A DNA stretch of 56,879 bases from Legionellaceae bacterium UBA2794. Its GTDB lineage: Bacteria; Pseudomonadota; Gammaproteobacteria; Legionellales; Legionellaceae. The translations under genes and the position numbers were made by a program. Under the pieces are notes generated by a model that saw nothing but the letters and a program-made list of their open reading frames with translations, searched no databases and was not told the origin of the DNA. The DNA lies in contig DEHS01000088.1 in assembly GCA_002352055.1 (NCBI GenBank), positions 23,151 to 80,029 of the forward strand, read 5' to 3'. Within the stretch, counting starts at the first letter, position 1, and the number at the start of each line of letters is the position of its first letter. Below are positions 1 through 8,900 of this stretch, in pieces.

Positions 1-434
1 GTTCCATAAGGGTTGCCTCTAATATCCATGCCACTGCTACCCGACATCGGTAAACCTGAACCTGGATTAATACTAAATGAAGAACTAAAAGAATAAGGCT
101 GATGTATCGAATGCTCATCACTGCCCACAACAGCTTGATGGTCTGAATCAAAATCAGGCGTGAAGAGCGGTAATTTATACCCCAATTTGGCTAATTGTGC
201 GTATTGGGCAATTAGATAACCGAATGCAAACAAAAAGATGGGAGGATTTAATGAAAGTAAACAAGCAAGACAAAAGAAAAATACACTATCATTGACGGTA
301 AAAGGGTAAATGCCCATGCAAACTAAAAATAGTACTCCTGTGCAGCAAGTTAAAAGACCAATCCTTAGACCAGTACGATGCACTTTTTTTCTTTCCACAC
401 AGGAAAGTTCATGTAGTGAGTTTATTTTTTTCAT
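1..434 (-). CDS. hypothetical membrane protein, partial (runs off left edge)
   Basis: Absent from ORF track because it is truncated by the window edge. ATG at 432-434 (minus) with AAGGAG (revcomp of 440-445) 5 nt upstream. Hand translation MKKINSLHELSCVERKKVHRTGLRIGLLTCCTGVLFLVCMGIYPF..., with no in-frame stop down to nt 3. Two hydrophobic segments. No family recognised. Confidence 0.5.
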   Translation of the reverse strand, partial: MKKINSLHELSCVERKKVHRTGLRIGLLTCCTGVLFLVCMGIYPFTVNDSVFFFCLACLLSLNPPIFLFAFGYLIAQYAQLAKLGYKLPLFTPDFDSDHQAVVGSDEHSIHQPYSFSSSFSINPGSGLPMSGSSGMDIRGNPYG

Positions 435-709
435 GGGAACTCCTTCTCTTTGAGTTTTAGTATAGCTTGACTTTTAATTTGGAAATAGAGAATGGATTGA
501 TTTTAACTGTGAAATGAAGCTAATCGGGAAACATTGCAAGAATCATTAGGGTAGTTTCTACCTTGTTTTATATCAATATTTTAGATTAATATGGTACATA
601 TTTTATCAAATGTTTATTGTATGTGCCATACATCATGACAGGGCATGTTATAATAAAATCCCCAAATAAGAATATTCGAAAATATCGAGCAAACTGAAAA
701 TAAAATCAT

Positions 710-1357
710 GTGACCAAAATGAATAAAGAAAAGATTGGAAAGGATGCTGTTCTTAGATTAATTACTGGGGAATTAGTCTCTGAATATCATTGCCATACGA
801 TCGTATTATATGGTTCACGTGCCCGTGGAGATTTCACCTCAACGAGTGACTATGATGTTGCAGGCATTGTAAAAACAGGGGAGATAAAACGCATCGCCCG
901 TTTTGATGAAGCGCATGGCGTTTTTCATGATATTTTTATCTATCCAGAAAATGCTTTTGAGGTGATTTTGGATAATCACTTATGTATGGCGGATGGAGTT
1001 GTGGTTATTGAAAAAGCTGATTTCGGCACTCAGTTATTAAAAAAACTTGCAACTGCTTACGCCCTCCCGGAAAACATTCCTCCTGATGAGATTGCAGTAC
1101 GTAAAGTGTGGTATCAAAAAATGTTAGCCAGAGCATCCACCAGAGATTGGGAAGGAAAATATCGTCATATCTGGTCAATTTTCACACTTTTAGAAGATTA
1201 TTTTGTTTTTAGAAAATTACGCTATGAAGGGCCTAAAAAAGCATTCCAATATTTGAAAATACATGATCCAGAAACATTAAGATTATTTGATGAGGCGATG
1301 TCTCATACCGATAATTTAAATGCCTTAAATCATTTGATTACACGAGTTGCAACATGA
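710..1357 (+). CDS. nucleotidyltransferase-domain protein (KNTase/ANT- or MNT-like)
   Basis: 215-aa ORF. Minimal NTase motif LYGSRARGDFTSTSDYDVAG (GS..D.D) followed by a helical C-terminal half. GTG at 710, first ATG at 719. Confidence 0.7.
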   Translation: MTKMNKEKIGKDAVLRLITGELVSEYHCHTIVLYGSRARGDFTSTSDYDVAGIVKTGEIKRIARFDEAHGVFHDIFIYPENAFEVILDNHLCMADGVVVIEKADFGTQLLKKLATAYALPENIPPDEIAVRKVWYQKMLARASTRDWEGKYRHIWSIFTLLEDYFVFRKLRYEGPKKAFQYLKIHDPETLRLFDEAMSHTDNLNALNHLITRVAT

Positions 1358-1493
1358 TATTAAAACAAGATATTGAAGTAATTGAAGCTCATTTAGAGCA
1401 ATCTTCAATTATTGCCCAGCTTTGTGAATTATATATTTACGAAGGCCATGAGGGCTGCTGGTGTGTCGATTTACGTCTCAAGGATAATTGATT

Positions 1494-2648
1494 ATGAAAT
1501 GTTCTGTTTTTATTGCTACCAGCCTTGATGGATTTATTGCTCGAAATGATGGAGCTATCGATTGGTTAACCAAAGCAAATGCTTTGGTTTCTCCTGGTGA
1601 AGATGGTGGTTATAAAGAATTCATATCTACCGTTGATGCACTGGTTATGGGCAGACATTCCTTTGAAAAGGTTTTATCGTTTGATCCTTGGCCTTATGGA
1701 GAGCTTCCAGTAATAGTCTTAAGTAGTCAAGATATTGAAATACCCAGTCACTTAAAAAATAAGGTCTCAATTTCCTCAGAAAATCCTACAGAGCTTGTTA
1801 AGCGCTTAAGCCAAAAAGGCTTTAAACATCTCTATATTGATGGAGGTATCACCATCCAAAATTTCCTTGCTCATCATCTAATTAATAATTTAACCATAAC
1901 ATTGACTCCAGTTTTGCTTGGTTCTGGTCGTTCCTTATTTGGCCCCTTGGCACAAGATGTTGAATTAGAACACATCGAAACTAAATGTATCAGTGGCGGT
2001 TTTGTTCAATTAAAGTATCAAATCCGACAGGATGGCTCTGCAAAGAAAAGAAATCGAGATAAAGTATATCTTGCTTATGAAGAAATTATTGATTGGTTTG
2101 ACACCCATCGTAATAAAGAACTGCAAATGGAACAATTTTATTTAGACCTATTGCAAAAAAACATCCCCTCAGGAAGCCAAGTATTAGATGTAGGGTGCGG
2201 TACTGGAGAGCCTATTGCGCAATATTTAATTAAACAAGGTTATAGAGTAACAGGTATTGATGCCAGTAAAAAAATGATTGATTTATGTAAGAAACGATTT
2301 CCAAATGAAAAATGGTTGCTTGCTGATATGCGCCATTTGGACTTGCAAGAAAAATTTCACGCGGTAATTGCTTGGCATAGTTTTTTTCATTTACCGCATG
2401 ATGATCAACGAAAGACATTAAAAATCCTGTTATCTTTAGTGGAGCTCAACGGTTTATTTATATTTACCACGGGCCCTGAATACGGTGAAGTCTGGGGTGA
2501 TAATGGGGGATTTGAACTCTATCATGCTTCGCTTTCTGCTGAAGAATATACCCAGATGCTGCAGGATTGCAATTTTAAAGTCCTTGTACATAAAGTTAGA
2601 GATCCAAAGTGTGGTGATGCCACTGTCTGGGTGGCTCAAAGAATATAG
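1494..2648 (+). CDS. fusion: RibD_C/DHFR-like reductase domain + class I SAM-dependent methyltransferase
   Basis: N-terminal ~175 aa carry FIATSLDGFIA, LVMGRHSFE, LYIDGGITIQNF and LLGSGRSLF (RibD C-terminal/DHFR-like fold). C-terminal half carries SAM motif I VLDVGCGTGEP. Track starts at TTG 1488; ATG at 1494. Confidence 0.7.
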   Translation: MKCSVFIATSLDGFIARNDGAIDWLTKANALVSPGEDGGYKEFISTVDALVMGRHSFEKVLSFDPWPYGELPVIVLSSQDIEIPSHLKNKVSISSENPTELVKRLSQKGFKHLYIDGGITIQNFLAHHLINNLTITLTPVLLGSGRSLFGPLAQDVELEHIETKCISGGFVQLKYQIRQDGSAKKRNRDKVYLAYEEIIDWFDTHRNKELQMEQFYLDLLQKNIPSGSQVLDVGCGTGEPIAQYLIKQGYRVTGIDASKKMIDLCKKRFPNEKWLLADMRHLDLQEKFHAVIAWHSFFHLPHDDQRKTLKILLSLVELNGLFIFTTGPEYGEVWGDNGGFELYHASLSAEEYTQMLQDCNFKVLVHKVRDPKCGDATVWVAQRI

Positions 2649-2660
2649 AGTTTGGCGATA

Positions 2661-3623
2661 TTACAATCCCCAAACTAAATCTTCTAAGTCTTTTAGGGTG
2701 GTCACTTTATTTTCCCAATCTGGAATTCTTATTTGAACTTTTAAGTTACTGTATTTATGAAGCAGCATTAATGCGGTTAATTGATGGTGCAATTCAGAAT
2801 TGAGTTCGCTTGGTAAATACCCATAAGCATTTAAAAAAGCGCTTAACAATTCTTTATTGCCTTGGATTAAGAATGCGCCTGGACCTAATAAATCGTATTG
2901 GTAATGACCCAACATGGTATCGCCAAAATCAATTAAACCGGATATGTGCCAAACACCCTCAATTTGAGTGACTAAAAAATTCATAGGCGTGTATTCCCCA
3001 GTTAAAAGAACTGGTTTATCAATCTGGCTTAAGGTTTTATCAACTTGCTCAATATAAGCAGGTATTTGTTCCAGTAAAGAACTCGGTAATTTCTTAACTT
3101 GATGATGTGCTACACAGTGCTTTATTTGATGTTTAATAAAGCTTGTCCAATGGCAGTCAATGGACTCCAATCCTTTTGTTGGTAAAGAATGAACTTCTTT
3201 TATCAATGTACCTATTTCTCTCATAATAACTAACTTATTGTCATGATCTAAAGTGGGCCAAAGTGTTTCTAATAAAGTACCATCCAGTTGGGTCATTATT
3301 ATATAAGGCCAACCCGCTATTTCTCCTTCATAGCGAATGGATGGTGTTTCAATTGAAAGCTTTTTTTCAAGAGCTTTTAAAACCAGACGTTCACTTTCAA
3401 ATTGGTCTTGATGAAAAGAGGGGTATAATTTGATAACCAAGTTATTATCATAAGAAAATACAATATTGGTTCCTTCAGAAAAAAGCTCTAAAGGTTTTAA
3501 GGGTAAATGATGATTTGCGAGAATTTCTTTCATCACCTCTTCAAACATGGTGCTGTTTAATTTTAATTGTTCAAACTCCTCAAATGAATTGATTGAGGTC
3601 AGTGTATTATAAATATTATTCAT
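2661..3623 (-). CDS. APH/choline-kinase-fold phosphotransferase family protein
   Basis: LIDFGDTMLG (DFG-type metal site). The catalytic-loop region LLTGEYTPMNFLV is non-canonical (TGE instead of HGD). ATG at 3623 (MNNIYNTL) has an AGGA RBS; the track start at 3710 is probably too long. Confidence 0.7.
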   Translation of the reverse strand: MNNIYNTLTSINSFEEFEQLKLNSTMFEEVMKEILANHHLPLKPLELFSEGTNIVFSYDNNLVIKLYPSFHQDQFESERLVLKALEKKLSIETPSIRYEGEIAGWPYIIMTQLDGTLLETLWPTLDHDNKLVIMREIGTLIKEVHSLPTKGLESIDCHWTSFIKHQIKHCVAHHQVKKLPSSLLEQIPAYIEQVDKTLSQIDKPVLLTGEYTPMNFLVTQIEGVWHISGLIDFGDTMLGHYQYDLLGPGAFLIQGNKELLSAFLNAYGYLPSELNSELHHQLTALMLLHKYSNLKVQIRIPDWENKVTTLKDLEDLVWGL

Positions 3624-4104
3624 TTTATTCCTGTACTGCGGTGTTACGGTTCGATAGCGCTTAAAGCTAATTATCTCCCGAGCGATTTTAAATGAAAAAT
3701 ATAAAATCAACTAGGGGATAAGATACCCTGAAACAGTATCAATCAGTTGCTTGACCAAGAAAGGTGTCAATGTGTGATCAAGAGTGATAAGACACATGGC
3801 GGCAAAGATACTGAACAAATACCTACGATACGGGATCGCTCTGTGAATAATGAATTTTAAAACGTGCATGGCATGGGATCTTCTGATTTAAGAGTTAATC
3901 AAACATTAAGCTCATTTTTATTTCTAAGATTAGCAAAAAGGTCAAAATATAATAACTCATTTTTATCTTGCACTACGATGAATAAATAGTGAAAATGTTG
4001 GAAAACATTATTTGAGGAAAAAAGAAAAACCCAAAAATCTACTGTTTCAGTTCTGCTAAGGATAGCTCGAGAAGTAATTAATCTATAATACAAGGCAGAA
4101 GTAG

Positions 4105-5954
4105 ATGACAAAAAATACAACAAAATTATTTATCCGCGGTGGTCAGCTTTTTTTGCACAACGTTCGGATGTTCACTCAGGTTGGAAAGAAAGTATTCCTA
4201 GCCATGCTGTTGGTGCAAATCTTAACGATTCCTTTATTTTTTATATTCCACACAAATACATATCAACGCTACCTTGGTAGGCTATTTTTAAAAGCAGAAC
4301 TCACTTTATTAGTCCAATATCAGGCAAAAATAATCCTGCGACTGCCAACAGGTGAAGCATATCCAGTATTTTGCAATCGTATGGCGCATTTCCCATTGGT
4401 CAAAAATAACAATCAAAAAATTATTGAAGCACTTTTGAAAAGCTTTATCGATTCTTTGCTTGCCTCAGTGTTCAGTATGATTCTTATTGTAGGATGGTTG
4501 CAAAAACGAGGTGCACAACAAAGCAAGACTAAGATTCTTCGCGGTAATGCTTTAGTGACAGCTCCACAGTTACAAGAGGCAATTAAAGAAAATTCTAAAA
4601 CTTCTCCTTATCCTGTTGCTGGTATTTATTTACCTGAAGGTTCAGAAACACAACACATTCAAATGGTGGGTACTACAGGTTCAGGAAAAACAGTAGCTAT
4701 TCGCGAACTCTTAAATGTAATTCGTGAACGAGGGGAGCGAGCCATTATTTATGACAAGGAGGGACCTATTTATCGCGGTTTTACCAAAAAGATAAAGACA
4801 TTATTTTAAATCCTTTGGATGCACGTGGGCATGCTTGGAATGTATGGGCTGAGTGTGAGGATAAAGCTGATTTCGAAGCCTTAGCAGAAGCACTAATGCC
4901 TATGCCAATTAATAATACGATGGATCCTTTTTGGATTAATGCTGCACGAATGATTTTTGTTTCTACAGCTAATGAGTTGAAGAAAAATCCCAATCGCTCC
5001 AACATCATGTTGCTGCAATATCTTCTCACCGCAGGGTTAGACAGTATTTATGATTTATTAAAACATACTGAAGCTGAATCCTTAGTTTCAACCAAAGTAC
5101 AAAAAACCGCCTTAAATGTGAAAACGGTGATGGCCACTTATCTTAAGTCACTGCTGTATTTACAAGAAGAGGGTGACGTATTTTCAATTCGAAACTGGAT
5201 ATTAGATGAACAGCAAGATAATTTTCTATTTGTCAGTTCTGATGGGCGCAAGCATCCAACACTAAGACCCTTAATTTCTGCCTGGATTAATACCGCTACC
5301 AAAGAAATATTGGGCATGCCTGCAGATAATCAACGACGTGTTTGGTTTATTTTAGATGAGTTGGCTACCTTGCATGCACTACCTTTTTTAGAGTCCGTCA
5401 AATCAGAAAGCCGTAAATTTGGTGGATGCTTTGTCTTGGGACATCATGGTCCTTCGCAATTGCGTAAAATCTATGGACGAGAAGGGGCATCGATTTTATC
5501 CAATTTATGTTCCACTCGTTTGTATTTACGGCTGCCAGAATATGAAGATGCAGATATTGCATCCCACAACATCGGTACTTATGAAATTGAAGAGGTCAAT
5601 GAATCCGTGAGTTATGGTGCAAATACCATGCGTGATGGAATTTCGGTTTCCAGGCAAATTAAAGAAAAGCGTTTGGTATTACCGACCCAAATCCAGGAAC
5701 TTAATGACATAGAAGGGTATCTGCGTGTTAAGGGCAAATTTCCAGCGGCCAGCGTGCAGTTAAAATACGTTGATTATTCCATTAAGAATGAAGAATTTAT
5801 TGCTCGTCATATAGAACCTGATCCTTTGCGGCAAAATGTAGAGCAATTAATTGATAAATACAGTGGCCCTCTTATAGCACAGCAAGAGGTGCAAAACGAG
5901 CAACAAATTACTGAAAAACCAATAGAGGAGAAGGAACTCGGCGAATTTATATAA
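4105..5954 (+). pseudogene. traD: F-type conjugative coupling protein TraD (T4CP), interrupted by a 1-nt frameshift
   Basis: ORFs 4105-4809 and 4815-5954 are consecutive parts of one TraD. Motifs: N-terminal TM region with RGGQ, Walker A GTTGSGKT, then IIYDKEG | [25 protein letters not shown]. The second part is readable in the other frame from ~4761. Further motifs VWFILDE and RKFGGC. One base appears missing in GAGGG(G)ACC at 4759-4766. Confidence 0.85.
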
Positions 5955-5972
5955 CTAAATCTGCGAGGCCCT

Positions 5973-8900
5973 ATGTTAAGCATTCAACCATTGGAGAGTG
6001 CAGAAGGAGCTGCATCGTATTATCTTAATGTAGTCAACTATTATGCCCAAGACTCTAAAAGCATACGCTGGTTAGGCAGCGGTGCTAAAGAACTGGGAAT
6101 TCATGGTCAAAATGTTGAAAAAGAACAGATGCTTTCTTTGCTGCAAGGCACTTTACCTAATGGACAGCAATTAGGTCGCATTGATAAAGATGGCATTCAC
6201 CACCGCCCGGGTTTTGACATGACCGTCAGCGCACCGAAATCCTTTTCTATATTATTAGAAACTGGAGCTGACCCACGGCTTGCGCAAATCATGGATGATA
6301 CGGTGGATTGGTTTGTCACCGAAATGGAAAAGGAGTTTGCACAAACGCGTCAAATTGTTGATGGTGAGTTGGAATATGCCAATACCCAAAATTTTGTAAT
6401 TGCTGCGTTTCGACAACCTAATTCTCGAGCCAATGACCCACAGACCCATGTGCATTTAGTGGTACAAAATATGACCCACTGCCAGGACGAAAAGTGGCGC
6501 TCACTTGCCAGTGACATGAATGGAAACAAAGGAGTCATTGAGCAAATCATGAAGCATCATATTTATGGTGGGCTTAAGTTTCGCAATAAATTAGCCAATG
6601 GGGTTAAAGACATCGGTTATGAATTGGAAGTTGATGCTCAAGGACTATGGGAAATAAAAGGAATTCCTGAATCCTTAATGACTCATTTTTCTAAACGTCG
6701 ACAAGATATTGAAGGGGTCTTGGAAGAAAATGGTTGGCAAGGTGCTAAAGCTTCTTCGATTGCAGCGCAAAAAACTAAAGTGGATAAAGAGCTCATTGAT
6801 ATTGAGGGGTGGCGTAAAGATATTTTACAAGAATGCCATGAATTTGGATTTAATCCGCATGCCTTTGTTTCAGAGATAAGTCTGCAAAAAAATTCCTTCA
6901 TCAAGACGATCAAAGAACGGGTAATGGAGTACTTTTACAGTAAAGAACAATATCAAATGCAGCATGCGCAAAAGGCAGTTCATGTGGCCATTGAATCAGT
7001 GAGCCAGCAACAAGCGGTATTTGATTGGCGTACTTTAAAAAAAGAGGCATTAATCTACAGTATTGCAAGTCAACATATCATTGATGAGAAATTGATTAAT
7101 CAAGCCATTGAAGAACAAATTAAAACACAAAATCTATATGAAGCCACCCATCCCTACACAAAGCAAAATTTATTAACTACCCCTTGGCAGCTGACTTTAG
7201 AAAGTGAATCGATTGCTTGTATTGAGCAAGGTAAAAATGCAATTAGCCCAATTTGTACCAAACAAAAGGTAAGTGATTTTATCAAAGATAAAGAAAGTGA
7301 ATTGCAATTTTCTTTATCCACTTCCCAGAAACAAGCCATGATTAGTTTTTTAACCACCAAAGACCGTTATATGGCTATTCAAGGTTATGCGGGGACTGGT
7401 AAAACCACTATGTTACGACTCACTAAAGAATTGGCCTTGCAGCAGGGTTATACCTTTCGAGGAATTACAGCTGGTTCTTCTGCAGCTCATGAGCTTTCAG
7501 TTAAAGGTGGCTTAGATGCCACAACCTTTGCTAAAGAGTTAGGGCGCTTACAACGTCAAAAACAAGATTTAAGTAAAACCATTTTTGTGGTGGATGAAGC
7601 TTCGATGCTTTCTAATCCCCAAGGACATAAAATCATTAAACTGGTGGAACAATTTAATACTCAGTTAAAAGTCATCGGGGACAAAGCCCAGCTTCCATCC
7701 CCATCCAGTGGCCGTTGGTTTTCAATAGTGCAAGATTATGGCATTCATACTGTGGCAATGACTGATAATTTACGTCAAAAAGACGAACACCTCAAAGAAT
7801 CTGCGTTACATGCCAGCCGTGGGGAAATTTATGATGCGGTGGAAAAATTAACCCACGTCCATACCGAAAAAACTTATTTAAACCGAGTGCAGCAGATGGC
7901 TAATCTTTGGTTGTCTTTGCCACAAACGGAACGTGAACAAACTTTATGTTTTGCGCCTACGCATCGTAATCGTCATGATGTCACTGAAATTTTACGTCAA
8001 GGGCTACAAAAAGAAGGTAAATTGACCGGTGGAATACATCAACAACCAATTCTTATAGAGCGCAAAATGACAGGCATTCAATTAAGAAACTCCATGTATT
8101 ACTCAGCAAAAGATGTTATTCGCTTTAACACAGCCATTTCCCGTTATCGAATTCAAGCAGGGGAATATCTGACAGTGAATCCAATCAGTGAGCAGAATAA
8201 AAACAAAAATACTTTGTCGTTGCAGCGCTCTGATGGTAAATCTTTTACTTTGCCATTAAACAGTCTTCCACAATATAAAGCCCACCAAAAAGATTTGGAG
8301 CGTCTACTCGAAGTATACCAGCAAGGAAAACTACAACTAATGCAGGGTGATAAAATTCAATGGAAACGAAACTCTGAACCTTATGGAATTCGCAATTCAG
8401 AATTGGGCATCATTAAGACCATTACTAATGAGCATATTGAGATACAACAAGACAACCAAAAAATAATTCAATTAAATCGCAATGCGAATGAATTAAAGCA
8501 TTTAGACCATGGTTATGTATTAACCACTTATGCAGCTCAAGGAAAGGATAAGAAACGAGGTATTGGCTTGATTGAAAGCTTTAACCGCTTTTCAACCACA
8601 ATCCAAAATTTTTATGTAGAAATTACCCGTGCCATTGAGTCAATGACGGTGATAACTGATGATAAAGATACTTTAGTTAAAGCAATTACCTTAAATGATG
8701 CTGATAAGGCTTCAGCTTTAGAGATGGTTTCGGCAGAAACACTTAAAACACATCAGGAACGATTTAAGAGTAAATTAAATCTGCAGAATGTGATTGAGAA
8801 AAAATTAACCAAAGAAAAAGAATGGAATGCAATGGAAAACCAAGTTGCTACTTATTTACAGAGCAAGCAACAAAATAAATCTCCTAGTGCTGCAAAAATG

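Noticed and set aside
191-215. GTGCGTATTG (197-206) is identical to 10 nt of the R388 oriT nic region as I remember it (GGTGCGTATTGTCT/ATAGCC). It is flanked by the 7-bp inverted repeat CTAATTG...CAATTAG. I considered it as the oriT for the MOBF TraI.
   Set aside because: It lies inside the open reading frame of the partial membrane-protein gene and 3.9 kb from traD. It lacks the R388-style hairpin whose 3' arm includes GGTGCGT. A specific 10-mer is expected by chance about 0.1 times in 2 x 57 kb, so it is not negligible. It is worth a nicking assay only if no better oriT is found. I found no convincing oriT in the 3711-4104 gap either, where ATGTGT...ACACAT is only an imperfect dyad.
1353-1490. 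45-codon ORF (MILKQDIEVIEAHLEQSSIIAQLCELYIYEGHEGCWCVDLRLKDN) overlapping both neighbours at ATGA and TTGA junctions. It may be a gene fragment or a small coupled gene.
   Set aside because: No recognisable motif and below the ORF-track cutoff. It could be a remnant of a GNAT-like gene, but the evidence is too thin to call.
2230-2736. Track ORFs 2230-2418(-), 2454-2639(-) and 2485-2736(+).
   Set aside because: These are shadow or alternative-frame ORFs inside or across the well-supported reductase-methyltransferase gene and the APH-like gene end.
3899-4123. 74-aa minus-strand ORF in the traD upstream region.
   Set aside because: Low-complexity, Phe/Leu/Asn-rich translation of AT-rich intergenic DNA. 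It overlaps the traD start and has no RBS or motif.
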